61,624 bases of DNA from an uncultured Acidobacterium sp. (GCA_964350785.1 CAYGMD010000003.1:1-61624); one strand, 5' to 3'. Shown: positions 12,981 through 22,836, counted from the stretch's first letter. Numbers and translations are program-made. The notes: generated by a model from the sequence alone, not told the origin.

Positions 12981-12985
12981 GCCAC

Positions 12986-13966
12986 CTAACCTCCAGACGG
13001 ACGCTCGACGTGACCGCCGAACTTGAAGCGCATGGCCGACAGTACTTTCTCGCCGAAGGTATGCTCCTGGCGCGAGCGGAATCTGGCGAACAGCGCCGAC
13101 GCCAAGACCTCGACCGGCACCGCCTCGGCGATTGCCGCTTCGATCGTCCAACGTCCCTCGCCGGAATCCTGCACAAAGCCCGTGTACTGCGATAGCTTCG
13201 GGTCTTCGGCGAGCGCCATGGCCGTGAGGTCAAGCAGCCAGGATCCGACCACGCTCCCATGTCGCCAGACCTCGGCGATCTCCGCCAAATCGAACTCGTA
13301 GCGCTGCCCGGCTGGCAACTGGTCGCCGCCGGCGTTACGAAGAATGTCGAAGCCCTCGGCGTAAGCCTGCATCAGTCCGTATTCGATGCCGTTGTGCACC
13401 ATCTTGACGAAGTGCCCGGCGCCGGCGGGTCCGCAGTACAGGTAGCCGCGCTCCGCAGTGCCGCCGGCCGGCCGGCCCGGCGTCGGTGACACGCCGTCGT
13501 GTCCGGGTGCGAGTGTGGCGAAGATCGGATCGAGCCGACCCACCACGTCTCGTGGGCCACCCACCATCAGGCTGTAGCCACGGTCGATCCCCCACAGCCC
13601 GCCGCTCGTGCCGACGTCGAGGTAGTGAACGCCGCTGGACTTCAGCGCCTCCGCGCGGCGAACGTCGTCTTTGAAATTTGAATTGCCACCGTCGATCACG
13701 ACATCACCGGGGCTGAGCAACGCCGAGACGGCCGACACCATCTGCTCGGTCGCCTCGCCGGCCGGCACCATGAGCCACACCGCACGTGGCGGCGTCAGGG
13801 CCTGCACCAGCGCTTCGAGCGAGGCCGACGGGGTGGCGCCTTCGCCGGCCAGTTCCTGCATGCGCTCGGCGCTCAAGTCGAACACCGCCGCCGCGTGCCC
13901 GCCGCGCATCAACCGGCGCACCATGTTGGCGCCCATCCGTCCGAGACCAATCATTCCAATTTGCAT
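12986..13966 (-). CDS. gnd: 6-phosphogluconate dehydrogenase (decarboxylating, short type)
   Basis: [40 protein letters not shown]. Confidence 0.95.
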   Translation of the reverse strand: MQIGMIGLGRMGANMVRRLMRGGHAAAVFDLSAERMQELAGEGATPSASLEALVQALTPPRAVWLMVPAGEATEQMVSAVSALLSPGDVVIDGGNSNFKDDVRRAEALKSSGVHYLDVGTSGGLWGIDRGYSLMVGGPRDVVGRLDPIFATLAPGHDGVSPTPGRPAGGTAERGYLYCGPAGAGHFVKMVHNGIEYGLMQAYAEGFDILRNAGGDQLPAGQRYEFDLAEIAEVWRHGSVVGSWLLDLTAMALAEDPKLSQYTGFVQDSGEGRWTIEAAIAEAVPVEVLASALFARFRSRQEHTFGEKVLSAMRFKFGGHVERPSGG

Positions 13967-14000
13967 CATTTCCTCATGGCGGAGACCACGCACCGCGTGT

Positions 14001-14184
14001 TTACCACAGCGCCTCGTTCACCAGCGCGGCGAGCCCTTCGAGCCCGGCGGCCACGTCGGTGCCGAGGTGGACGCCGAGCAGCGGCCGGCCACGAGCCGCC
14101 AGCACGAATCGATCGCGGTCGGTCGATCGACAGCGTGCGGATCGTGTTGATGGAGGGCTGTTCCAGTGCGATTGTCTCGCTCAC
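14001..14184 (-). pseudogene. Chimeric remnant: transketolase N-terminus joined to transaldolase/PGI C-terminus
   Basis: MSETIALEQPSINTIRTLSID (tkt-like start) and, in another frame, RFVLAARGRPLLGVHLGTDVAAGLEGLAALV (tal-pgi-like end); directly upstream of gnd. Confidence 0.55.
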
Positions 14185-14272
14185 GAACTCTCCCCAACGT
14201 GGTTGGTGTCTGGCGGCGTCGCAAGCATGGGTGCATCATGGCTTACTTGGAGGCGGCAAAGTGTTGTCGACC

Positions 14273-14989
14273 TCACCTCGTGATCACCGACCATCCGGCC
14301 AATGCAACATGGCTGTTGACGCCCGGATTCGTTGCCAGGCGGTTACCGTTGGAGATGTGCTGAAAGCGGTACGCGACGACCAGACCCTGTCTGGAGCGAA
14401 CGGGTACCCGAACCCCGGCGCCCCAATGCGCGGTGAAATTGAATTGCGCCGCCTCGTCTGGAATGGCGCCTGAGCTCCCTAGAAAGCCACCGGCCAGCTC
14501 GGTAAACGCCGACCACCGGCGGCGAGGGACCAGGTTCCACCTCAGGCCGATTGGCGAGATGCCCAGCGCATAGACCCGGGTCGGCGCGAGCTCGATCAGG
14601 AGCGGCATCACTTCGATGACCCAGGCCAAACGCCCCCGCAAGGCGCCAGGACCGCGGTCCGAAGTCAACTCACGCGACCACGACACGGTGTGGGCGGCGT
14701 ATCGGATTCCTCCTCGAGAGTGAAACAGCTCAACGCTGACCGCGCCACCGGCTCCGAACATCCACTCGGCGGTGCCGCCATGCTCAGTGGGCGCGGACAG
14801 CGGCACGATGCCGACTGCTGATTCGCCGGGTTCGGCAGACTCGGGAGAAGACGAGGCACTGGGCGCCGCGCGCTGGAGACCACCGGGCTGGCCGCGTGCG
14901 GTCGACGGCCACGCGCCCAACGCGATGACAACTCCCGCGACCAGAAGCCTCCGGCTGCACCAAGCTGATCGGCGGGGGTCTCGAGCCAT
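14273..14989 (-). CDS. pagL: PagL-family lipid A 3-O-deacylase / acyloxyacyl hydrolase beta-barrel
   Basis: QFNFTAHWGAG and YRFQHISNG motifs; signal-like N-terminus. Confidence 0.75.
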   Translation of the reverse strand: MARDPRRSAWCSRRLLVAGVVIALGAWPSTARGQPGGLQRAAPSASSSPESAEPGESAVGIVPLSAPTEHGGTAEWMFGAGGAVSVELFHSRGGIRYAAHTVSWSRELTSDRGPGALRGRLAWVIEVMPLLIELAPTRVYALGISPIGLRWNLVPRRRWSAFTELAGGFLGSSGAIPDEAAQFNFTAHWGAGVRVPVRSRQGLVVAYRFQHISNGNRLATNPGVNSHVALAGWSVITR

Positions 14990-14997
14990 GGGGTTGG

Positions 14998-15023
14998 GTC
15001 GCACGACATGGCCTGGTGTTACA
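14998..15023 (-). promoter_or_regulatory. ECF-type promoter TGTAAC-N14-TGCGAC
   Basis: Ends 8 nt before ATG 14989. Confidence 0.65.
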
Positions 15024-15071
15024 GCTGTCAAAAGGCGGGGCCAGGTAGCTCCGGCCGTCGCGGTCAGATAG

Positions 15072-15087
15072 TGTGACCAGCATCACA
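15072..15087. promoter_or_regulatory. Perfect CRP-type box TGTGA-ccagca-TCACA
   Basis: Between divergent pagL and ECF sigma 1. Confidence 0.7.
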
Positions 15088-15125
15088 CACGCCGCCCGAT
15101 GAATCGCCGAGAATGTCCCTTGATT

Positions 15126-15773
15126 ATGTCCACGTACTCCGACCCGGGCGGCGGCAGGGCGTCCTCGGACGACCTGGCAACCGTCCAGCAGTTGTTGGCG
15201 GGGGACGAAGCTACGTTCACAGCCGTGGTGGAGCGCCTCCACCCCTCCCTCATCAGGTTCGCCCTCCTCTTTGTGGCGAGTCGGGAAGTCGCCGAGGAAG
15301 TCGTGCAGGACACCTGGGTCGCGGTGCTGAACGGCTTGTCCTCGTTCCAGGGCCGCTCGGCGCTCAAGAGCTGGATCTTCAGCATCGCCGCGAACCGGGC
15401 GAAGACCCGCGCCATCCGCGAGAGGCGAACCATCACGTTCTCGGAGCTGTCGGCACCCGGGGACGATGAACCCGCGGTCGATCCGGATCGGTTCTCGAGC
15501 GGCGGCGCGTGGTCGGCGCCACCGGGCCGATGGGATCGCGACACGCCGGAGAAACTCCTGCTCCGTCAGGAGGCGCTCGCCGTGGTGGCCGCCGCCATCG
15601 CGGAATTGCCACCCAGCCAGCAGGCGGTCGTCACCCTCCGCGATGTCGAGGGGCTCGACGCGGCGGAAGTCTGTAACGTTCTCGAGATTTCGGATACCAA
15701 TCAGCGGGTTCTGCTGCACCGGGGCCGATCGAAAGTACGATCGGCACTCGAGCGGTATACGCTGGAAGGGTAG
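15126..15773 (+). CDS. ECF sigma factor (ECF-1)
   Basis: Region 2 EEVVQDTW...FQGRSALKSWIFSIAAN; region 4 NQRVLLHRGR. Confidence 0.9.
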   Translation: MSTYSDPGGGRASSDDLATVQQLLAGDEATFTAVVERLHPSLIRFALLFVASREVAEEVVQDTWVAVLNGLSSFQGRSALKSWIFSIAANRAKTRAIRERRTITFSELSAPGDDEPAVDPDRFSSGGAWSAPPGRWDRDTPEKLLLRQEALAVVAAAIAELPPSQQAVVTLRDVEGLDAAEVCNVLEISDTNQRVLLHRGRSKVRSALERYTLEG

Positions 15774-15775
15774 AC

Positions 15776-16006
15776 ATGCTCACGTGTCAGGAAGTAACCG
15801 AGGTCGTCACGGACTATCTGGAGGGGCGCCAGTCGCTGATGCAGCGGCTGCGCTTTCAGATGCACCTGGGCATGTGCCGGCACTGCCGCGCGTACCTGAA
15901 GCAGATGAAGACGACCGTTGACACCATCGGTCGCCTCCCCAACGAGTCGATCCCTCCCGAAATGAGCAAGGAAGTGCTCGATCGCTTCCGCGCGTGGAAG
16001 CGGTAG
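15776..16006 (+). CDS. Soluble zf-HC2 anti-sigma factor
   Basis: HLGMCRHC (HxxxCxxC), 76 aa, no TM segment. Confidence 0.88.
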   Translation: MLTCQEVTEVVTDYLEGRQSLMQRLRFQMHLGMCRHCRAYLKQMKTTVDTIGRLPNESIPPEMSKEVLDRFRAWKR

Positions 16007-16017
16007 ACCGACCGTGC

Positions 16018-17100
16018 CTACTGGCCGGGCGCGCGTTCGCGGTCCAGCGCCTTCAGGCTTACCGTCCACGTCAGCGGCACCGTCTGCGGGTTGAAACACA
16101 CCTTGTCGTCGCACGCCTGGTAGTTCAGGATCCCCTCGATGGTGACGCTGGTGGCGCCCTTGAGCGCGGCCTGGCCGGCGGCCGACGAGTCGATCATCAC
16201 GTCCTGCACAATACGGAACGGCTTCTGGTACACCTGCACGTGTTCATCCAGCGGCTTGAAGTGGTAGTCCTCTGATTTGGGGTACTGAGCGGCCCGGACG
16301 ACGAGGCCCGGCTTGGCTTTGACCGTCAAGACGATCGGCTTGTAACCGGTAACGCCGGGCGCATAGACATGCACTCGCGGCGCGGGAGTGATGTCCAGCA
16401 CGATGGAGAAGTGGGTGCCGGGCGCCGCCGCCTGGTCGGTCGTGTACGAGGTGATCTCGACATTCGGTGATGACACCTTGGTCGCCGGCACATTCACCTT
16501 GCTGCCCATCCGAACGAGCACGCTCGACATCGTATTGCGCTCCTGGTAGCCGTCTTCGAAGAAGCGGGACGTCACCACGCCCCGGCGGTCAACGATGAAC
16601 ATGCCGGGAAACGGATATCCGAACAGGTTGTTCGACGGATCCACCGCCGTATTGAGGAGCCCGTACCGCTTGATGACGGCCGAGCCGGCATCTGACAACA
16701 GGGGAAACGTGATCTGCCGGCGTGCCGCGAACTCGGCGAGTACGGGAACCGGGTCGTAGGTGATCACGGCCAACTCGTAGCCGTTCTGCCTCACGTCGGC
16801 CAGCCGTCCCTGCATTTCGACGAGTTGCGTCTTGCAATAGGGACACCAGGACGCGGACCTCGAGAAGGTCAGCATGAGGCCCTTGGGGCCCATCAAGGAT
16901 TCCAGGGTGCGGGCACGCCCCGTCTGGTCCCGGAGGGAGAACGCCGGCAGCTTGTCACCGACCTGCGGGCCGAGCTTTCGCACGTCCGGCGCGGACGCAG
17001 CGGCGGCCGATTGCTCGGCGACCAGCGGTGACGAGACGGCGCCGGAGGCGATCACGCCACCGATCAAACACACACAGAAAGCGCACAGGCGAGCGAGCAT
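16018..17100 (-). CDS. Exported redoxin (AhpC/TSA-like, CxxC) + DsbD N-terminal-like domain; Cys paralog
   Basis: Signal peptide, SWCPYCKTQL, C-terminal YQACDDKVCF. Confidence 0.85.
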   Translation of the reverse strand: MLARLCAFCVCLIGGVIASGAVSSPLVAEQSAAAASAPDVRKLGPQVGDKLPAFSLRDQTGRARTLESLMGPKGLMLTFSRSASWCPYCKTQLVEMQGRLADVRQNGYELAVITYDPVPVLAEFAARRQITFPLLSDAGSAVIKRYGLLNTAVDPSNNLFGYPFPGMFIVDRRGVVTSRFFEDGYQERNTMSSVLVRMGSKVNVPATKVSSPNVEITSYTTDQAAAPGTHFSIVLDITPAPRVHVYAPGVTGYKPIVLTVKAKPGLVVRAAQYPKSEDYHFKPLDEHVQVYQKPFRIVQDVMIDSSAAGQAALKGATSVTIEGILNYQACDDKVCFNPQTVPLTWTVSLKALDRERAPGQ

Positions 17101-17148
17101 CGAATTCTCCTTCGGGTATCAGACTCGGTTTGGTGCCGGGAGACTGGA

Positions 17149-17748
17149 CTAGCGGGGTGGTGGCGCGGCAATGCGTTCGATGGCAACGCCCGGCGCCAGG
17201 CCGGCCAGCACGCGTACCTCCAACTCTGTGGTTTTCGCGTCGATCGCCCCCATGTGCCGCTTCACGATCCGGCCGTCACGATCGACCAGCAGCGTCATCG
17301 GCAGCGCGTGTACACCACCGAACAACCGGTCCAGTTCCGGCGTCATCATCACAATCGGAAAATCCATCCTCATGGCCGCGACGAAATTCTTGACCGGCGT
17401 GAGATCGCCCTCGTCCGCCGAGATACCGATGACCCGCAGGTGCTCGCGATACTTGACCTGGAGCCGGAGCAGGTCCGGGATCTCCACCCGGCAGGGACCG
17501 CACCAGGTCGCCCAGAAGTTCACGAGCGTGACCTGGCCGCGCCACTGGCCGGACCGCACCGTCTGACCATCCAGCGAGCGTGCGGTGAAGGCCGGCAGCA
17601 GGCCGGGGCTGGCGAGGAACTGCACCGAAGTGGCGCCGGCGGCCGGCGGTGCCGGCGAGCCTGATACCGCCGATTGGGCCCCCAGGTTGACCCCAACAAT
17701 TAGCAGGCCGGCCGCAATCGACGCGCGCAGAATGTGTTTTTTTTCCAT
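17149..17748 (-). CDS. TlpA-family thiol-disulfide oxidoreductase
   Basis: VNFWATWCGPCRVEIP, HALPMT. Confidence 0.9.
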   Translation of the reverse strand: MEKKHILRASIAAGLLIVGVNLGAQSAVSGSPAPPAAGATSVQFLASPGLLPAFTARSLDGQTVRSGQWRGQVTLVNFWATWCGPCRVEIPDLLRLQVKYREHLRVIGISADEGDLTPVKNFVAAMRMDFPIVMMTPELDRLFGGVHALPMTLLVDRDGRIVKRHMGAIDAKTTELEVRVLAGLAPGVAIERIAAPPPR

Positions 17749-17769
17749 GCGAATCCCCTCGGGTGGACG

Positions 17770-18417
17770 TCAGCCGATGATGGTGAACGTCTGCACGGCA
17801 AGGCTGCCCGCCTCGCGAAACAGCCGGGCACGCACCCGCACGGCCTTGCCCAGCAGCGCCGTGTCGTGAATCAGGTCGGCCGATGCCGGCTGCTCGACGA
17901 TGTTCCAGATGCGACCGTCACTTGTGGCAATCGCGCCGTGGTGGCCCGTCCGCTGGCACATCGGCGGTTCGCCGTGCCGTTTCTCGAGCTCACAGTCGCG
18001 GCACACCAGTTGCCCTTCGAGCACGATCTCCGTCGGCCCGGACCACCTGGCCACGGCGGAATCCATCGCGCCAACCACGGCGTCGGGAATCTGCCCACTA
18101 CTGGCCGCCGCCAAGCCGGCGCCGACAACCAGCACGAGCGACGCGGCGATCGCCACGCGACGCCCGGCGGCGGGCAGGTCGCGCGGCACCCACCACGGCC
18201 GCAGTGACCGCCGGACCCGCTCGCCAAGATTCGCGGGAGGGCTGTGCGCGAACACCGCCTGCCGTACCGCGCCGCGCAATCGCTCGAGATGGGCCACCAC
18301 CCGCGCGCAGGCCGCGCACTCGGAGAGGTGCGCGTCGGCGGCGGCGACGGCCTCCGCTGACAACTCGCCGTCGACGTAGCAATCGAGCAACTCGCGAAAC
18401 TGTTTGCAATCCATCAT
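17770..18417 (-). CDS. Membrane-anchored zf-HC2 anti-sigma with Cys/His-rich extracytoplasmic domain
   Basis: HLSECAAC, one TM segment, then VCRDCELEKRHGEPPMCQRTGHH. Confidence 0.8.
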   Translation of the reverse strand: MMDCKQFRELLDCYVDGELSAEAVAAADAHLSECAACARVVAHLERLRGAVRQAVFAHSPPANLGERVRRSLRPWWVPRDLPAAGRRVAIAASLVLVVGAGLAAASSGQIPDAVVGAMDSAVARWSGPTEIVLEGQLVCRDCELEKRHGEPPMCQRTGHHGAIATSDGRIWNIVEQPASADLIHDTALLGKAVRVRARLFREAGSLAVQTFTIIG

Positions 18418-18959
18418 GATTTCCGTTCCTTGGCGATCGGCGCGCGCGCCATCGGCGGCGCCGAGACTCGCCCGCGCAGCAGGCGCGCCAGCATGCGCCG
18501 GCCGCGGTTGATTCGAGACATCACAGTGCCGATCGGGCAGCCCATCGCGGCCGCAATCTCCTGGTAGGTCAGCTCTTCAACATCGGCCAGCAATACGGCG
18601 AAGCGGAACGCCTCGGGTAACTGCCCGAGCGCCCACGTCATGTCCGCGGACACTTCCTCGCGGAGGAAGTCACCCTCCCAGTCGTAGTACGGCTCCGTCC
18701 TGACTTCCTCCACGTCGCCGACCGGCAGTTCCAGCCGGGTCTTTCGCCACTGCGTGACCCAAGCGTTGTGAAGAATGCGACACAGCCAGGCGCGGCAGTT
18801 GGTCGCTGGATCGAACTGGTCAAAATGCGCCCACGCCCGCAGGAACGTCTCCTGGGTGAGGTCGTCGGCCAGTCGCGCACCGCCGAGTTGCCAGGCCAGC
18901 CGATAGACGGCCGTCAGGTGTGGCATTGCGACGGCCTCGAAGTGCTGTCTGGTGCTCAT
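18414..18959 (-). CDS. ECF sigma factor (ECF-2)
   Basis: DDLTQETFLRAW, GTVMSRINRGR; overlaps the anti-sigma start by 4 nt. Confidence 0.9.
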   Translation of the reverse strand: MSTRQHFEAVAMPHLTAVYRLAWQLGGARLADDLTQETFLRAWAHFDQFDPATNCRAWLCRILHNAWVTQWRKTRLELPVGDVEEVRTEPYYDWEGDFLREEVSADMTWALGQLPEAFRFAVLLADVEELTYQEIAAAMGCPIGTVMSRINRGRRMLARLLRGRVSAPPMARAPIAKERKS

Positions 18960-19061
18960 CTCAACACGTCGGCGGTTGACTCCAGTTATCCTAAAGAACG
19001 CAGGGTCCCGGCCGGATATTCCTGGCCTCTCGTTCGCCCCGGCCCCGACCCATTCTGACCA

Positions 19062-19087
19062 GTCACGCCCGGGGTCGTTGTGTTACG
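19062..19087 (-). promoter_or_regulatory. ECF-type promoter CGTAAC-N14-CGTGAC upstream of ECF-2
   Basis: Likely autoregulatory promoter. Confidence 0.65.
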
Positions 19088-19094
19088 GATCACA
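19079..19094. promoter_or_regulatory. CRP-type box TGTGT-tacgga-TCACA overlapping the ECF -35
   Basis: One mismatch to consensus; covers 19082-19087. Confidence 0.6.
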
Positions 19095-19193
19095 CGCCGC
19101 GCACTTCGCCATTGACTGCGGCAACCGCACGGCCATACTGGCGACAGCCGCGTGGCACACTCGCCGGCGCGGGCCGGATGAAAAGGTGGGCTA

Positions 19194-20216
19194 ATGCGCG
19201 CGATGTTGATGTGGGTACTCTTCGCCGGCACGATGTCGGCTCAACTATCGTGGACCGAGCAGGCCACGATCGATGGCGATCCGGTGATGCGTGGCCTGCC
19301 CAAAGACGCCATTCCCGCGATTGACAAGCCCGTCTTCGTGCCCGTCGCCCAGGCGAAGTACATGCAGGACGAGGAACCGGTAATCGGCGTCGCGTTCGGC
19401 GCCGTCGCCCGCGCCTACCCCACCTGGCTGCTCAACGGGCACGAGATCGTCAACGACACCATCGCGGGGCGCGCGATTACGGTGACCTGGTGACCGCTCT
19501 GTTACACGGGCATCGTGTATGCCCGCACGGTCGCTAACCGCGAACTGACCTTCGGCGTGTCCGGCATGCTCTGGCGCGACAACCTGGTCATGTACGACCG
19601 CCAGACCGACTCCTGGTGGGCACAGGCCACCGGCACCGCCATTGCCGGGCCCCTCAAGGGACAAGTGCTGACCATTCTGGCCTCCGATATGATGACCTGG
19701 AAGCAGTGGCGCAGTCTGCACCCGGGCACGGTGGTCTTGTCCAAGGAGACCGCGGCCGGTGCCGACGGCACGAGCGACCGCTATGACGGCTATCACGCGC
19801 GCGGCGGAATCGGCGTCACAGGCCGCACGACGTCCGCCGGTGCTCTCGATCCGAAGGCGCGGGTGCTCGGTTTCCGCATCGAGGGCCGGCCCTACGCCGC
19901 AGCGCTCGATGTACTGAAGGCCAATCCGGTACTGCCGGTGGCGAGCGTGCCCGGTGGCCTGATCGTCGTCGCCACGCCCGACCGGTCAGGCGCCAAGGTG
20001 TTCGCCGCGGGCGGAAGGGCCTTCGAGGCGGCGGGCACAGAGGGCGACCGGACGACGATCCGAGACCGTGAGACCGGATCGCGGTGGGACGGTTATCAAG
20101 GCCTGGCTGTGTCCGGGCCGCTCAAGGGGCAGCAGCTCGCCGCCACGCCCGCGTTCGTGTCGTACTGGTTCTCGTGGCGGTCGTTCTTTCCGGCCACCGA
20201 GATCATACGGCGGTAG
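19194..20216 (+). CDS. DUF3179-family selenoprotein (UxxC), Sec at UGA 19491-19493
   Basis: ITVTW-TGA-PLCYTGIVY joins ORFs 19194..19493 and 19515..20216; PKDAIPAID, SGMLWRDNLVMYDRQTDSWW. Confidence 0.88.
19507..19525 (+). other. Putative SECIS hairpin
   Basis: CGGGCAU-CGUGU-AUGCCCG; loop 20 nt after the UGA. Confidence 0.75.
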
Positions 20217-20228
20217 CGACAAGGTGCC

Positions 20229-20771
20229 TCAAGAGCCGAAGCGCTCCTCGAGTTCGACGCCCAGTCCGTCCGCCAGGCGGTTGACGAAGGCGAAGTAACC
20301 GACGATGGTACAAACGTCGTGGATGGCCCGATCATCGAAGCCGGCGGCGCGCAGCAGGTCGACATCGGCGACCGTCATCGCGGCCGGGGTGCGCGTCAGC
20401 TTCATCGCATACACCAACATTGCCCGGTCCGGTGCGCTCGTCGCGGCGGACTCCGGGTGTTCCACCAGCGCACGCAGCATGTCGTCCTGGGCCGACGGCG
20501 CAATGCCCTCGCGGGTGAGCAACAGACGGAGACCCGCTCCGTGATGCTGAGTTCAATAGTGACAACCGTTGGCTGCCGACACGGCGGTCGCCATCATCTC
20601 CCGCTGAATCCGCGTGAGCGGCCCCGACCGCCGCATCAACTCGACGTAGAGATCGAAGTGCAGGCGCATCACCCGGCTGTGCACGCCGTGGATGCGGAGA
20701 ATGTTGTCGGTGTCATCGACGCGATCCTCGACGGGAATCTCGCTGTCTGGCAGATAGTGAATATGGGCCAT
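20229..20771 (-). CDS. Second AhpD/CMD-family selenoprotein (CxxU), Sec at UGA 20553-20555
   Basis: NGCHY-TGA-TQHHGAGL joins ORFs 20553..20771 and 20229..20522; FVNRLADGLGV C-terminus like the first copy. Confidence 0.88.
20520..20549 (-). other. Putative SECIS hairpin
   Basis: CAGCA/UGUUG lower stem, ACGGAG-CGGGU-CUCCGU upper stem; loop 16 nt after the UGA. Confidence 0.7.
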
Positions 20772-21479
20772 TTACGCGGAGAGTCTATCAGAGCCGCCCT
20801 CGGCACGCTCCTGGTGGTCGTACTGTGCGCGCCGCAGCCGGCCGCCCAGGCCCCGCCGATGGCGAACGGTGTTGACCCGAGACTCACCGAGGCGATCGCG
20901 TGGTACACCGGCACCGCCGGACACGTGGACGACGACCGTGCGCATGAGCTGCTGCTCCAGGCCGTCGCGGACGCGGACCCCGTGTCGGTGATGTGGCTCG
21001 CGCGCTGCCACTCGCGCGGGCGCATGCGGTTCGAGCGAGATCCGGCGAAGGCCACCGCGCTGGCACGCCGGGTTATTGGCGACATCGGGCGACTCGCCGA
21101 AACGGACTTGCCCGAGGCGGTGTTCCTGACGGGAACGGCGTACGACGAGGGCCTCGGCGTGGCTGTCAACACTGCCCTGGCCGCGGCGTGGTTTCATCGC
21201 GCCGCCGACCTGGGGCACCTGCTGGCGAAACACAATCTCGGCAACGCGTACGCCGACGGTCGAGGCGTGCCGCAGAGTGATGCCATGGCGGTCTACTGGT
21301 GGCGCGAGCCCGCCGACGCGGGCGATGCCATTCCGCAGTTCCGCATGGCGAAGATGTACGAGGAAGGACGCGGCGTGCCCCGCAATCCGCTGCTGGCCCT
21401 TCAGTGGTATCGACGTTCAGCCGAGCGCGGCCACGGACCGGCACGCGAGGCGCTGACCCGCCTCGGGGCGGGCAGGTAG
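20763..21479 (+). CDS. Sel1-repeat protein (start uncertain)
   Basis: AAAWFHRAADLGH, AKHNLGNAYADGRGV, QWYRRSAERGH repeats. Confidence 0.8.
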   Translation: MGHLRGESIRAALGTLLVVVLCAPQPAAQAPPMANGVDPRLTEAIAWYTGTAGHVDDDRAHELLLQAVADADPVSVMWLARCHSRGRMRFERDPAKATALARRVIGDIGRLAETDLPEAVFLTGTAYDEGLGVAVNTALAAAWFHRAADLGHLLAKHNLGNAYADGRGVPQSDAMAVYWWREPADAGDAIPQFRMAKMYEEGRGVPRNPLLALQWYRRSAERGHGPAREALTRLGAGR

Positions 21480-21930
21480 AAAGGCGTCAGGCGCGGGAGC
21501 CTCCGTAACGAATGCGCCCTCCGGCCCTCTTCGAACGGGTTCTGCTCGAGAAACTCTGGAACGACCTCGACCGGAGCGCGATTGACATTTGCGACTACCA
21601 CACACGATTCAAGCGCGAGCTGGATGCCCGGGCAACGGACGGGCCGGCCCGCGCAGCGGGTCGATTCTGAGCAAGATGATCCGCAGTGGCATCGGCGACG
21701 CTCACGCGGTGCCCGACATCCTCGGCGCCCGGTTCGTCGTCGGTAATCGGCGGCAGGCGTATGCGCCCGAACGACGACTGGTCCAGGCGCTCGGTGGGCC
21801 GTTCCGATGGCGAGACCGTGTCGACACGCTTGGCGGCGACGAGGACTTTCCAGAAGACATCTTCGGGTTGCATGCGCACGCCTGAGCGTCTCACGGGATC
21901 ACTGGCGCGTCGAAGTCCGCCGCGACTACT

Positions 21931-22836
21931 ATGGAGACGACGATGGTCGCCCTCGTGACACGTCGGCCGTGGCCCCGCGCGGTGGGGTTGGCGTTTCGAC
22001 TCGCGCCCGTGCTGCTGATCGTGGTCGGCCTGTTCGGGGCCGGCCTCCTGTCCGCGTTCGCTGAAAGCATCTCGCTGCCCGGGGCCGGAACCCTGACCGC
22101 GCGCTATTACCTCGGCGTCGCCCGCGATGAAGAGTTCTGGGCCTCGCTGGCGTTCAGCTTGTGGGTCTCGGTCGCCAGCACCACGATGGCCGCGGCGGCA
22201 GGCGTGGCCACGGCGTTGATCTTGTCCCGCTTGGCCGCCGGACGAGGGCTGGCCTACGCACTGCTGCAAGTGCCGCTCGCCGTGCCCCACCTGGCGATGG
22301 CGGTCGCCGTGCTCATGCTCATGGCCCCGAGCGGATGGATGGCGCGCATGGTGGCGATCACCGGATGGATTACGGCGCCCGCCGATTTTCCGGCGCTGGT
22401 CTACGACCGCTACGGCATTGGCATCATCCTGGCGTACGTTGCCAAGGAGGCTCCCTTCATCGCCATCGTCGCCACCGCGCTGCTGGTGCGGGTCGGACCG
22501 CAATACGACCGGGTCGCGGCCACCCTTGGCGCGTCGCCCTGGCAGCGGGTGCGCCACGTTACCCTGCCGATGCTGGCACCCGGCGTCGTCAGTGCCTCGC
22601 TGATGGTGTTCGCGTTCGTCTTCGCGGCGTTCGAGACGCCGTTTCTCCTGGGACGCCGCTATCCCGCCATGCTCTCGGTGGTCGCCGAGCGGCGCTACCT
22701 CAGTCTCGACCTGAACGACCGGCCCGACGCGATTGCGTGGGCACTCGTCATGACCGGCCTCGCGGCCATCGTGGTACAGGCCTACCTGGCGCTGTCGCGT
22801 GCGATCGACGCGCGGGGCCGGCCGGTGGTGTTCTGA
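21931..22836 (+). CDS. ABC permease (YnjC N-half-like)
   Basis: Six TM segments; VAATLGASPWQRVRHVTLP EAA loop. Confidence 0.85.
   Translation: METTMVALVTRRPWPRAVGLAFRLAPVLLIVVGLFGAGLLSAFAESISLPGAGTLTARYYLGVARDEEFWASLAFSLWVSVASTTMAAAAGVATALILSRLAAGRGLAYALLQVPLAVPHLAMAVAVLMLMAPSGWMARMVAITGWITAPADFPALVYDRYGIGIILAYVAKEAPFIAIVATALLVRVGPQYDRVAATLGASPWQRVRHVTLPMLAPGVVSASLMVFAFVFAAFETPFLLGRRYPAMLSVVAERRYLSLDLNDRPDAIAWALVMTGLAAIVVQAYLALSRAIDARGRPVVF

Noticed and set aside
21480-21930. Coding-like spacer between Sel1 and the ABC genes
   Set aside because: No frame gave a recognisable motif or a good start.
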